From NCBI RefSeq assembly GCF_006345805.1, contig NC_042997.1:45012001-45076000 (forward strand): a stretch of 64,000 bases of DNA. Direction: 5' to 3'. The position numbers and the translations under genes are program-made. The notes beneath the pieces were generated by a model that was not told the origin of the DNA, did no database searches, and saw only the letters and a program-made list of their open reading frames with translations. The DNA comes from Octopus sinensis (Eukaryota). Of the stretch, positions 55,945-64,000 are shown in pieces (positions within the stretch are counted from its first letter, which is position 1; each line of letters opens with the position of its first letter).

Positions 55945-56523
55945 GCCCTGATAAAGTACCAGGCAGTGGCTCTCTTGGCTTCTGATCTTAATGTTTGGAA
56001 GTGTTATCATGTACATGTTTTGACTTGGTATAAAAGATGGTCTACAGCAAATATTCGGCTCAGTACCACAGATTTGCTTATCAATTGTTTTATTATAACC
56101 AGTTGAGCATGTCCCTTAATGACTGGTCATATGTGCATCTCTAATCATGAGCAGGAGTCGTGTGGGAGCATCATAGCAATGTACTGAGAGGAATTCTTTG
56201 GGGATTTGAATAATTTACCTCTCAAAACACGGATACTTTGTTCATCATCCTTAAGCAACCCTTATTCAGGGACCTTTTGAGTGGGATGGGCAACTCAGAC
56301 TGAAGAATATTCTAACCTGGCCCCTCCTGCAAGGTCATGCACTTATTATCTTCATATGAAATCACCATATCATGCACATATGATTGTGCTGCATGTTCCT
56401 GGTGTACCCTTACCAGACAGGGAGTCATGACAGGTATACTGGGCTTTGTAGCTTTGTACCCTAGTGTCACTGTTCTCTTACTCAATAATAATAATAATAA
56501 TAATAATAAAAATTAAAATAATG

Positions 56524-56566
<43 letters not shown>

Positions 56567-56664
56567 TAATAATGATAACAATAATAAAAATAATAATAAT
56601 GATAATATTGATAATAATAATAATAATGATAATAATGATAATAATGATAATAATAATAATAATG

Positions 56665-56708
<44 letters not shown>

Positions 56709-56994
56709 TGCAGATATCTTTCAGTATTTAGTTGTGTATTTTTATATAAAAGGAAATTTAATATTTATAATTAATAAAATAGTGATATTTAACTATTTCC
56801 AAAGCAAAAAAAGTAATAAGGAGTAAGAATGCTGATGGACTGATCCAATTAAAATTTCCATTTTATTATCTAACGAGGAAGTTTATGAGAAATGTTGATT
56901 CGCTCATAGAATAGAAAGAGATTACATGTGATAAGGTAAGGTTCTCTACAGGTAATGCAAAGGTAATAGTGTGAAAATACATACTAAAATAAAT

Positions 56995-57032
<38 letters not shown>

Positions 57033-60000
57033 GCTGCTGGGGTATAAGTAGTGGTGGGTCGGGAGCTGGTTCGCTGGCCCTGCCTTCACCCACCAGATTG
57101 ACTCCCATAATCCGGAACTGGTAGTAACTGGCAGGCTGCAGACCTGTTACAGTGTAGTTACGAACCTGAGCATCAATTGTATTTTGGTAAGTGTCCCAGG
57201 GAGGATTCAATATGCTGGAAGGAGAACCTAAAATGGAAGAGGAAAATAAAGTTCTGAGATCAAAGTAAATGAAATTGTTTGTATGCTGACAGGGGTGTTC
57301 TGTTTTTTTACAGGTTAGCATGTGATATCAATGTGATATCAATGGGATCCCACACACATAAGCACACCTTGTTATGTCACTAAAATACAAAATAGACAGA
57401 ATTTAGAAACAGATGATGAGGAACATAGGAAGAACGGAATGAAATCCTAAAGGGGCCAGCATGGAAGGTGGATGTTAAATGATGAGGAAAGAAGAAAAGC
57501 AAAAACAACAACAACAACAACAACAAAAAGATGTATGAATGACAAATGTAAGATTTTAAATCCTTGATATGGCAAATTGAATTTCAAGATGTTTTGGCTG
57601 GAAACAGTAAGAAAGGATATAATAAGGGGTGAATATTTCTCATGGCTAACACCATTCTAACCCCATTTATTAGTTGAAATGGAGAAATAAACTGGAGAGC
57701 AAAAGAAATCCAGAATTTATTTTGAACCAAGTCAGCTGTTATCTGCGAGTGAGTATCTCTCGATAACATGAACTATAATTCATTAATTGTTTTAGGTGCT
57801 TATGCAATCATGATAATGATGAGCAGGGATACATAGCCTTTTGGCCAGCAGAACATCAAGGATGTGACAATTGGTGGGTGAGAGAGCTGCACCAGAACGT
57901 GGCTGACACTTATTACAGTTGAAATAGATTGGAATAAAGTGAAGTGAGGTGCTTTGCTCAAGGTCACAACAAGCCACCTGGTACAGAAATTGAACCCATG
58001 ATCTTATAAGCAGAGGCAGAACACTCTAACCACAAGACCATATGACTTCACAAATGTAGAATGTGGTGTAGAGTTTGTGAATATTTTATTTAAGCATCTT
58101 TCAACGACAATAGAGCAAGTCTCTCTCCACGGAAAAATGGATTCAGCACTAAACAAGAAAAAAAATTCTTGTTTAGAGAATGTGAGTAATCCGATTGTCT
58201 GTAATAATATGGAAGCACTCCGTCGGTTACGACGACGAGGGTTCCGGTTGATCCGAATCAACGGAACAGCCTGCTCGTGAAATTAACGTTTAAGTGGCTG
58301 AGCATTCCACAGACACGTGTACCCTTAACGTAGTTCTCGGGGATATTCAGCGTGACACAGAGTGACAAGGCCGGCCCTTTGAAATACAGGTACAACAGAA
58401 ACAGGAAATAAGAGTGAGAGGAAGCTGTGGTGAAAGAGTACAGCAGGGATCACCACCATCCCTTGCCGGAGCCTCGTGGAGCTTTTTAGGTGTTTTCGCT
58501 CAATAAACACTCACAACGCCCGGTCTGGGAATCGAAACCGCGATCCTATGACCGCGAGTCCGCTGCCCTAACCACTGGGCCATTGCGCTTCCACCCATAA
58601 TAATAACGACAGAGGACAAGCTATGAAGTGGTGGCAGGATACATGAATTGTTAAAGAGTGAGGAGTTGGCATTGCAAGAGAAATAATAGTGCATGCAAGG
58701 GAGGTAACTAGCCTGACCACTGATAATATATAAGAGAGGTAAGCACATGAACGTGTGTGTACGTGTGCATGAGTGTGTATACACACACACACACACTTTT
58801 ATCATAATTTCTTTATACTATTATGTTTATATCATATTATACAGGCATGGTTGTGTGGTAAAGAAGTTTGCTTCCCAACCACATGGTTCTGGGTTCAGTT
58901 CCATTGTGTGACACCTTGGGCAAGTGTCTTCTACTATAGCCTCAAGTCAACCAAAGCCTTGTGAGTGGATTTGGTAGACAGAAACCGAAAGAAGCCCGTT
59001 GTTTGTGTGTGTGTATGCGTGTCTTTGTGTTTGTTCCCCGCCCCCATCACCACCTGACAACCGATGTCCCAAGGGGTCTAGTGATGTGAAAAGGCACTCA
59101 ATACACTCTGTAAAGTATTAGGTATTAGGAAGGCCATCCAGCTTTTGAAAGCATGTCAAAAGAGACACTGGAGTTTGATTTAGTTCTGTGACTTGTGAGA
59201 TCCTGTCAAACCATCCACCTTATGCTAGCATGGAATACAGACATTAAATGATGAAGATCTATCTAAAATATAAAATGTAAGAGGTAGTTTTTAAAAAGAT
59301 TTGCATAAATGGTGAGAAGGGACAACAGCAGACAGGTAGCTAGCTGAAAAGCTAGCCAATAGTTATATATGGTTAAGAGAGAAGCTGAAAATAAGAGGTT
59401 TGATAATGGTTTGCAACAGAGGACTAGTAGTAGGAAGCATTTCGGACAGCAGACAATTTCCCGGCATCTTATGAACTGAGATGATGCTGGGGAAAGTATA
59501 TTTGGAACGACAGTAATGCATTTATCCTCGTTGATGCTAAAAAGAAAGAGACATGGAAATGGTCACACAAAATTCGTCCAGTACCTGTTGTAAAGAGTTA
59601 GGCTGTCTTGCTAGAGATATGACATCTTTCTTATGTTGATGGTATGAAGAAATCACCCACTACAAACTGTATAATGTTTTAGACATTAGAAAAGTCATCC
59701 AGCTGTAGAAACCATGTCAAAATGAAGTCCCCTCCAACATGTGATGCTGAAGAGGAATCCTCAAATATGTGTGATGGTTTTATGGTTCTGATCATGGTGA
59801 TCTATTAAAACTATGCATGTAAAATAATGACACACACATGCTGATAATGCATACATGCAAATACATACATTTGCTGGTGGCACGTAAAAAGCACCATCCG
59901 ATTGTGGCCATTTGCCAGCCTTGTCTGGCACCTGTGCCGGTGGCACATAAAAAGCACCCACTACACTCTCAGAGTGGTTGGCGTTAGGAAGGGCATCCAG

Positions 60001-60791
60001 CTGTAGAAACACTGCCAGATCAGACTGAAGCCTGGTGCAGCCTTCTGGCTTCCCAGACCCCAGTTGAACCGTCCAACCAATGCTAGCGTGGAAAGCGGAT
60101 GTTAAATGATGATGATGTATGTGTGTATACAGATAATGCATGCTTACATACTTGAGAGAGAGAGAGAGAGAGAGAGAGAATAGGGGTAGCATATTCATAA
60201 CCCATACATCGGTACACAACAAGTACAATCACAAAAATACTAATGATAATTATTTATCAAGAAATATTTTCCAAGTTAGATTTCATAAGCAAAAAACACA
60301 CACCCAAAAAGATAAATAAATATATAAAGCAAAATATCTGTTTTAAGATTTATATTCAAGTCAATTGTCATTGACTTTACATAGCTTCAAGAAAACTGTC
60401 ACAATTTGCTCTCCAATAAATTTAGTAGGAAACCCATTAAAATCTCAGGAAAATTTAATGGTGAACTTGTAATAAGAAAACTGGATTTTATGAGAATTGA
60501 TATGAAAAGGGCTTGACGTATACTGCCTCGTTATAAAGATAACTTGATATTAAATATAAAAAACGAATAGTATATGAAAATTAATTATGCATAGACACAT
60601 TCCTTACATCGTTTTTTTTTTTTAATTGTATGAATACCTGTTTAATTTACCTTGATTAATTAGCTTATGTTGTATAATGTAACCTGTGATCGGGGAGTTA
60701 CCATCATCACCAGCTTGCCATGTGATAGATACGCTGCCAGGAGAGTTGCTGTGTGCAAACACATTTAGAATAATTGGAGGATATGGTACTT
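1553..60791 (-). CDS. sdk: Sidekick cell-adhesion protein, internal part (FN3 repeats 1 to about 9), 12 exons, partial at both ends
   Basis: Twelve exons join in frame through GT-AG sites into nine consecutive FN3 domains. Motifs [66 protein letters not shown] and [16 protein letters not shown] occur in the order I recall for Sidekick FN3-1 to FN3-9. Confidence 0.88.
1856..2155 (+). mobile_element. Non-autonomous Helitron-like element (300 bp)
   Basis: A|TC start, subterminal hairpin CCCGAGCAACGCTGGG, CTAG|T end, no TSD; near-identical copy at 43588-43886. Confidence 0.8.
3916..4222 (-). mobile_element. 5'-truncated CR1-type LINE 3' end with (TTA)n tail
   Basis: Minus strand reads [30 protein letters not shown]...FK (CR1 ORF2 C-terminus), then a short UTR and (TTA)n at 3916-4012. 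Confidence 0.8.
4269..4565 (-). CDS. sdk: sdk exon K (297 nt, phase 1-1): [12 protein letters not shown]...PNGIILKY...[16 protein letters not shown]
   Basis: Acceptor tttttcAG, donor GTgagt; complete FN3-8. Confidence 0.92.
5179..5338. mobile_element. Small Tc1-like MITE
   Basis: Imperfect TIRs ACAAGGTGTCCCAGAAGTCAC / GTAACTTTGGGGACATCCTGT in TA-rich flanks. Confidence 0.55.
5754..5802 (+). ncRNA. Minimal type-I hammerhead ribozyme motif (Penelope-type)
   Basis: CATT-CTGAAGA-GATTTACT(tacgac)AGTAAATC-GAAA-CGATCG-TA-AATG: full core, 8-bp stem II, palindromic stem III, 4-bp stem I. Confidence 0.75.
6510..6696 (-). CDS. sdk: sdk exon J (187 nt, phase 0-1): IKYQAVDEG...[20 protein letters not shown]...RTKED
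   Basis: Acceptor taatttAG, donor GTaagt; C-half of FN3-7. Confidence 0.92.
6799..8085 (-). mobile_element. Full-length decayed Tc1/mariner transposon (about 1.28 kb), transposase pseudogene
   Basis: Imperfect TIRs (TA-AGAGGAAGTATCCAAAAGAAACC / GGTTACTTTTGGGTACCCCCTTG-TA) with TA flanks. Transposase N-terminus [17 protein letters not shown] starts at 7883, and an HDNAPAH-like motif lies near 7150; stops and frameshifts are present. Confidence 0.85.
8544..8946 (+). mobile_element. SINE family A
   Basis: Full-length match; a partial 3' half follows at about 8970-9150. Confidence 0.85.
9722..10162 (+). mobile_element. SINE family A
   Basis: Full-length match. Confidence 0.85.
11432..11547 (-). 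CDS. sdk: sdk exon I (116 nt, phase 1-0): [38 protein letters not shown]
   Basis: Absent from the ORF track. Acceptor tctttcAG, donor GTattg. Confidence 0.9.
12493..12727 (-). CDS. sdk: sdk exon H (235 nt, phase 0-1): [18 protein letters not shown]...[21 protein letters not shown]...KTMES
   Basis: Absent from the ORF track. Acceptor ggttttcAG, donor GTaaag. Confidence 0.9.
13862..14250 (-). mobile_element. SINE family A
   Basis: Full-length with a small deletion in the head. Confidence 0.85.
14367..14715 (+). repeat. 349-bp direct duplication, copy 1 (empty MITE site)
   Basis: Matches 18070-18301 plus 18528-18640 with 3 substitutions seen. Confidence 0.92.
14903..15273 (-). CDS. sdk: sdk exon G (371 nt, phase 1-0): [13 protein letters not shown]...[12 protein letters not shown]...AFRISWM
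   Basis: Acceptor gccatAG, donor GTgaga; FN3-5 and the start of FN3-6. Confidence 0.93.
15565..15946 (+). mobile_element. tRNA-derived SINE family C, full length, 13-bp TSD
   Basis: Box A TGGCTCAGTGG, box B GGTTTCGATTCC; TSD TAGTAAGCAAGTG at 15552-64 and 15947-59. Confidence 0.88.
16098..16459 (-). mobile_element. SINE family A (tail truncated)
   Basis: Match to the family; an older degenerate copy is adjacent at about 16470-16825. Confidence 0.8.
16971..17530. mobile_element. Old TIR element with internal degenerate telomere-like (AACCCT) repeats
   Basis: Ends TCCAGAAGTGATGCTAAACA / TGTTTGAAGCATATACTTCTAGA are imperfect inverted repeats; CCCTAA-like units at about 17305-17470. Confidence 0.4.
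18070..18640 (+). repeat. Direct duplication, copy 2 (carries MITE H)
   Basis: 571 bp = 349 + 222 (MITE plus one extra TTAA). Confidence 0.92.
18302..18527. mobile_element. piggyBac-type MITE, family H
   Basis: Perfect TIRs TTAA-CCCCTTACC / GGTAAGGGG-TTAA; the paralogous empty site is at 14599-14602. Confidence 0.9.
18779..18967 (-). CDS. sdk: sdk exon F (189 nt, phase 1-1): [11 protein letters not shown]...[20 protein letters not shown]...SGFTP
   Basis: Acceptor ccattgcAG, donor GTaaga; C-half of FN3-4. Confidence 0.92.
19112..19330 (+). mobile_element. Degenerate RTE-like LINE C-terminal fragment
   Basis: Frame reads [21 protein letters not shown]...VASDR, resembling the RGRP..RW.D motif at RTE ORF ends. 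Confidence 0.45.
20455..20829 (+). mobile_element. Retroposon family D with (GAT)n tail and internally repeated 5' unit
   Basis: AAAAAGCACC..., GGTTGGC(A/G)TTAGGAAGGGCATCCAGCTGTAGAAAC...CCATGCTAGC...AAACGATGATGAT. Other copies at about 2921, 10690, 21168, 37905, 42930(-), 45538(-), 46010, 49570, 49960(-), 59080 and 59873. Confidence 0.75.
20880..21908. mobile_element. Nested TTAA-MITE cluster: G contains F, F contains E, E contains retroposon D, plus an adjacent F copy
   Basis: G 20880-21683; F 21019-21628; E about 21078-21493; D about 21168-21350; second F 21680-21908. Each MITE has (T/C)TAA-CCCTTT-like ends. Confidence 0.7.
21932..22030 (-). CDS. sdk: sdk exon E (99 nt, phase 1-1): [32 protein letters not shown]
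   Basis: Absent from the ORF track. Acceptor ttttttAG, donor GTaagc; supplies the otherwise missing N-half of FN3-4. Confidence 0.9.
22988..23203 (-). CDS. sdk: sdk exon D (216 nt, phase 1-1): [10 protein letters not shown]...[24 protein letters not shown]...RTLED
   Basis: Absent from the ORF track (no start codon); translated by hand. Acceptor tttcaccAG, donor GTaagt. Confidence 0.9.
23381..23820 (-). mobile_element. SINE family A
   Basis: Full-length match. Confidence 0.85.
24642..25109. mobile_element. Fold-back (about 225-bp arms, 17-nt loop) of putative Penelope-like terminal repeat, hammerhead-like core in each arm
   Basis: Arms 24642-24867 and 24885-25109 differ by about 4 substitutions and 1 indel. 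Each arm has CTGATGA...C-GAAACGAT(C/T)GTA. Confidence 0.7.
25446..25772 (+). mobile_element. CR1-type LINE ORF2 fragment (pseudogene)
   Basis: Translates as ...[38 protein letters not shown]..., with a stop and a frameshift. Confidence 0.8.
26806..26847 (+). ncRNA. Degenerate hammerhead-like motif
   Basis: CTTTG-CTGAAGA-GGGCTAATGAGATCA-GAAA-CATG-TC-CAGAG. Stems I and III pair; stem II is damaged. Confidence 0.4.
27905..28315 (-). CDS. sdk: sdk exon C (411 nt, phase 1-1): [10 protein letters not shown]...[14 protein letters not shown]...SQIFGLLL
   Basis: Acceptor ttttctAG, donor GTattt; FN3-2 and the start of FN3-3. Confidence 0.92.
28675..29085 (-). mobile_element. SINE family A
   Basis: Full-length match. 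Confidence 0.85.
29737..29808. repeat. (GACC)n tetranucleotide, about 18 units
   Basis: Directly visible; flanked by (GACA)n and (CCAT)n/(CTAT)n. Confidence 0.9.
29846..30264 (-). mobile_element. SINE family A
   Basis: Full-length match. Confidence 0.85.
31146..31563 (+). mobile_element. SINE family A
   Basis: Full-length match; fragments flank it at about 30930-31125 and 31760-31960. Confidence 0.85.
32099..32760 (+). mobile_element. Two SINE family B copies (about 32099-32318 and 32546-32760)
   Basis: Same head and core as the 38118 copy. Confidence 0.7.
34120..34575 (+). mobile_element. Non-autonomous Helitron-like element, second family
   Basis: A|TC start, CCCGGGCAATGCCGGG hairpin, CTAG|T end. 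Confidence 0.75.
35955..36172. mobile_element. piggyBac-type MITE, family E
   Basis: TTAA-CCCTTTTGTTAC...GTAACAAAAGGG-TTAA. Confidence 0.8.
38118..38350 (+). mobile_element. SINE family B
   Basis: Head AAGGTGGCGAGCTGGCAGAA and core GTCGACTTTGCCTTTCATCC...GTCGATAAA..AGTACCAG, which resembles (from memory) a conserved central SINE domain. Related copies at about 13585, 26920, 27150, 32099 and 32546. Confidence 0.7.
38577..38708. repeat. 36-bp inverted repeat with 60-bp spacer (MITE-like)
   Basis: Arms 38577-38612 and 38673-38708; 3 mismatches. Confidence 0.75.
38759..39181 (-). mobile_element. SINE family A
   Basis: Full-length; first of three adjacent alternating copies. Confidence 0.85.
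39221..39630 (+). mobile_element. SINE family A
   Basis: Full-length match. Confidence 0.85.
39641..40063 (-). mobile_element. SINE family A (more diverged)
   Basis: Near full-length match. Confidence 0.8.
40183..40410. mobile_element. Inverted pair (92-bp arms) of a hammerhead-bearing repeat, putative Penelope-like terminus
   Basis: Arms 40183-40274 and 40319-40410. Hammerhead motifs at 40199-40272 (-) and 40321-40394 (+). Confidence 0.7.
41273..41617. repeat. Compound (AAT)(GAT)(GGT) repeat with a higher-order unit repeated 3 times
   Basis: (A/G)TTGCTGATGGTGGTGGT occurs three times between AAT and GAT runs. Confidence 0.9.
42508..42917 (+). mobile_element. 5'-truncated CR1-type LINE 3' end
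   Basis: [24 protein letters not shown]...LRGHSEKL...[13 protein letters not shown]; (TAAC)n tail. Confidence 0.85.
43588..43886 (-). mobile_element. Non-autonomous Helitron-like element, same family as 1856-2155
   Basis: Reverse-complement match along the whole length; A|TC...CTAG|T. Confidence 0.8.
43973..44547. mobile_element. MITE family E interrupted by a 5'-truncated SINE-A (44147-44493)
   Basis: MITE sequence stops at ACAAGACA and resumes at TTTATGCTACAGAGCCAGAG after the SINE tail. Confidence 0.75.
45062..45486 (-). mobile_element. SINE family A
   Basis: Full-length match. Confidence 0.85.
45538..45790 (-). mobile_element. Retroposon family D
   Basis: Reverse complement of the 10690-10925 copy. 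Confidence 0.7.
46538..46968 (+). mobile_element. SINE family A
   Basis: Full-length match. Confidence 0.8.
48843..49081. mobile_element. Second inverted pair of the same hammerhead-bearing family, right arm internally deleted
   Basis: Shares TGTGACAATTATTCG and GGCCA(G/A)ATAACTGAAGAGATGG with the 40.2-kb locus; hammerhead motif at 48875-48948 (-). Confidence 0.65.
50263..51218. repeat. 32-bp minisatellite, about 30 copies
   Basis: Unit AATGTTTCTGCCAAACCACTATCC(T/G)AAGGTCT, head to tail, no spacers. Confidence 0.95.
52166..52550 (+). mobile_element. SINE family C, full length, 13-bp TSD
   Basis: Near-identical to the 15565 copy; TSD AGTGAACAAATGT at 52153-65 and 52551-63. Confidence 0.88.
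54019..54361. repeat. Complex (TA)n / TTATAC(AC)ATATA repeat
   Basis: Directly visible. Confidence 0.9.
54895..55942. repeat. About 1.05-kb imperfect (AAT)n array
   Basis: AAT with recurring AGT, TAT and GAT interruptions. Confidence 0.95.
56487..56708. repeat. (AAT/GAT)n microsatellite
   Basis: Directly visible. Confidence 0.9.
57033..57227 (-). CDS. sdk: sdk exon B (195 nt, phase 1-1): [13 protein letters not shown]...[14 protein letters not shown]...LIPQQ
   Basis: Acceptor ccattttAG, donor GTaagt; C-half of FN3-1. Confidence 0.92.
58210..58592 (-). mobile_element. SINE family C, full length
   Basis: Reverse complement of the two plus-strand copies; no clear TSD. Confidence 0.85.
59873..60117 (+). 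mobile_element. Retroposon family D
   Basis: Matches the 20455 copy. Confidence 0.75.
60651..60791 (-). CDS. sdk: sdk exon A (141 nt, phase 1-1): [10 protein letters not shown]...[20 protein letters not shown]
   Basis: Acceptor ttcaacAG (60792-3), donor GTaaat (60649-50); N-half of FN3-1. Confidence 0.9.
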
Positions 60792-62114
60792 CTGTTGAAG
60801 AAAATAAAACGAAATACATTAAAACAAAAAAAAAAGTTAAGAAAATCAAAATTGATGAGAAAGCATGATAAATACAATATCTTATTTAAAGAGCTGCAAA
60901 GCCAAGGGAAACTAATCGTCCCGACAAAAAAGTTTATTAGATATTACATAGTTGTTTCCCTTCACACGTGAAAACTAATTTCACTGCAGCTCAAATCCTC
61001 ATTTCTTTCCCATTCGTCCGACAGATTTTAGGTCTCGCGTCCAAGAACACAAAAGTGAAGCAATGAGATCGAAGGAAACAAGAAATAGTCTGTGATGGCA
61101 AATATACAAAGTTCACAAAGTGAAATACATTCTGCCGGGAAGTAAAAAAAAAAAAGGTCTAACATTTCGGAGAGGATTCTTTAACAAACAGAAAGGAAAT
61201 GCTTGCAGTAAGAATTTTCTGTTCTCCCCGACGGACATTTCTGTCTTTCCCATATCAAAGACATCAGCCTTTCTTCCCCAAACAAAATAATTTATTCCAT
61301 TTTGTAAGAGTATCTCAAGTAGATCCATACTCAGAGTTTCACAGCTCTCTGACGATTAAAGTGAATCCACCGTTCCTCACTTTTTTTTGTTCTCTAGCAT
61401 TTTCCGAACATGATTCCTTGCATTATTTACAACCTAATTAGGAATTCCACGCTAAATCAGACCAGTTAAAAATGCCGACGAGATTGACTTAAGTTGTGAA
61501 TAAAGATAAGATTTGAAATACAAACTGCCAAATTATTGTGAAAGCATTTCAGCAAGGTAAAAACTAGAATACTACAGTACTTTGTTCATGCTAATAAATA
61601 AATAATGATATGCTGTATTGAATCGATCAGCTTTTCACTGAAATATCACCAATATCTTACCCACTCGAGCATTACAACTCGTCAATTTTATTGGTTCTTT
61701 TGTAAAAGAAACAGAAGTAATGAAACAAACCACTGTACACATTTCAGGCATAGAATTTGTAAGTTGGTACCTAGAGCGAGGTCGTGTGTTATTGCAACTT
61801 TGACATAACTGAGCCTTTATATATTTGCTCGACATACTAGAAATGACAACCAAATCTACAGTCACAGGAAACGGAAGGAAATATTGGATAATGTAACCCT
61901 GCAACCTTCTAAAAAGACAGAATGGACATATTTAGAATTGGAATAATTTCGGTCACAGGTCTGCTCAATCAGGATTGGGCTGGGACTTGATAAACAACAA
62001 TTACAAAACACTTGCTGCATATTATAATTAAAATCCAGATCTACTGGCTTCAAATTTATTAATTAGCCTAACAGTTAATTTATGTCTGATCAACTGATAT
62101 TAAGTAAGGCCACA

Positions 62115-62513
62115 TACTCTTTACTCTTTTACTTGTTTCAGTCATTTGACTGCGGCCATACTGGAGCACCGCCTTTAATCAAGCAACTGAACCCCAGGAC
62201 TTATTCTTTGTAAGCCCAGTACTTATTCTATCGGTCTCTTTTGCCGAACCGCTAAGTGACGGGGATGTAAACACACCAGCATCGGTTGTCAAGCAATGCT
62301 AGGGGGACAAACACAGACACACATACATACATATATATATACATATATACGACAGGCTTCTTTCAGTTTCCGTCTACCAAATCCACTCACAAGGCATTGG
62401 CCGGCCCGGGGCTATAGCAGAAGACACTTGCCCAAGGTGCCACGCAGTGGGACTGAACCCACAACCATGTGGTTGGTAAGCAAGCTACTTACCACACAGC
62501 CACTCCTGCGCCT
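62115..62513 (-). mobile_element. SINE family A
   Basis: Full-length match. Confidence 0.85.
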
Positions 62514-63260
62514 TTATCAACAATTAATTTAAATGAAGCTCATGAGGAATTTTCTGTAGACTTGTTAGGACATAAGAAATGAAATCTGTTACAATGGATT
62601 CACAGAAATGGTGAAAGTTAAATCCAGATCAGACAAAAGCTTAATATCACGAGTTACAGCAAAAGTTACAGCAAAAGTTTGACTACTGTTTCCAGAATGT
62701 ATAATAAAAATGTGAGTGGTATTGGTGGTGGGGTGTCAACCAGCACATTGGTCTGAGTCAGGAAAGCCAGGGGGTGCAGTGGGGTCTATGATTATTTGCT
62801 GGGTCCCTCTCAAATAAATTTACACCTCTTCTGGGTCCTGAAAGTAGTCTTGCTCCACATTGCTAAATTTCACTCGGAAGCCCGATTATAACCTATCTTC
62901 CTTTGATATTAAGTTCTGTAACTGTCTAACCCCAAATCAAGTCTGACTGAGCAGATCTATACTCTCAGCCAAATGGTTGGCTGAACAGAAAGATGCAACA
63001 GAACGACCAAGCAAGACTGATATGAGATGCTATCAGCAATGGTGCAAAGAGGCCTCACTTAACTATGATCAGGAAGACTGCTGATTGAAACCACATGCAT
63101 TTAATTACAATAAAGTATAAGGTCACTCAAAGAGAAAAGAGATATTCTTCCTCAATAAAATCAACATTATGAAGACATTACATTTCATGTATGTGGTAAA
63201 GTAAAGGATATTGCATAAAGAAAGAACATTTGATTTGTTTGCAGTGTTATGTGAAATATG

Positions 63261-63680
63261 TAGGTGCAGACATGACTGCATGGTAAGAAGCTTGCTTCCC
63301 AACCACAAGGTTCTGGGTTCAGTCCCACTGCATGGCACCTAGGGCAAGTGTCTTCTACTATAGCCTTGGGCCAACCTAAACTTTGTGAGTGGATTTGGTA
63401 GACGGAAACTGTAAGAAGCCTCTCATATATATGTGAGCATTTGTGTGTGTGTATGTGTGTGTGGATCTATGTGTGTGTTTTTGTTTGTCCCTCTTCACCA
63501 CAGCTTGACAACCAACGTTGGTGTGTTTATGTCCCTGTAACTTAGTAGTTTGGCAAAAGAAATTGATAGAATAAGTACCAAGCTTTAAAAAAAAATCCTA
63601 GGGTCAATTTGTTTGACTAAAAACCCTTCGTGGTGGTACTCCAGCATGGCCGCAGTCTAATGACTGAAACAAGTAAAGGA
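63261..63680 (+). mobile_element. SINE family A
   Basis: Full-length, diverged. Confidence 0.8.
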
Positions 63681-63810
63681 TATGTCAATATGTATGAAAT
63701 ATTTAAAAATATAATATATTATGCGTGTGAAGTATTTCATTGAAACTCTTAAGATAAACAATCAGAATATCATAAAGGATTTTCAAAGATAAGCCAAACT
63801 GATGTTTCTC

Positions 63811-64000
63811 TTAACCCTTTCGTTACCAACCCAGCCCAAACCAGCTCTGGCACTGTAGTATTAATGTCTTGTTTTCATAAGTTTTTCATTAAAATCTTCC
63901 ACCAAACCTTAGTTGCAATTTATGTTCTTAATGATAACTAAGTTATTTTATTAAGTTCTTCATAATATTTAAAATAATTGAAAGAAACACAGAGCATCTC
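63811..64000. mobile_element. MITE family E, cut by the window end
   Basis: TTAACCCTTTCGTTACC start; matches the other copies. Confidence 0.75.

Noticed and set aside
59745-59780. CTGAAGAGGAATCCTCAAATATGT as a hammerhead
   Set aside because: It lacks GAAA and has no stem I pairing.
61000-62050. Upstream Ig-domain exon or alternative first exon of sdk
   Set aside because: The frames I translated by hand showed no Ig motif or suitable splice-bounded ORF; the next exon probably lies beyond the window.

Overview
AT-rich, microsatellite- and SINE-dense eukaryotic DNA. The repeat landscape looks like a coleoid cephalopod (Octopus-type) genome; this is recognition, not a database result. The only supported protein-coding gene is on the minus strand: 12 internal exons (60791 to 1553, 2,656 nt, about 885 codons, all GT-AG, phases consistent) encoding fibronectin type-III repeats 1-9 of a Sidekick (sdk) Ig-superfamily adhesion protein. 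Both gene ends lie outside the window. The introns contain three tRNA-headed SINE families, a (GAT)n-tailed retroposon, CR1 and RTE LINE fragments, a full-length decayed mariner, TTAA (piggyBac-type) MITEs including a four-level nest, non-autonomous Helitrons and large tandem arrays. The most notable unannotated signals are: (1) several minimal type-I hammerhead-ribozyme motifs of the kind associated with Penelope-like elements, mostly in inverted fold-back pairs; (2) a 349-bp local duplication preserving both the empty and the filled TTAA site of a MITE; (3) two SINE copies inserted in near-identical register into 20/24-identical targets. All alignments, folds and counts were made by eye, and repeat boundaries are approximate.
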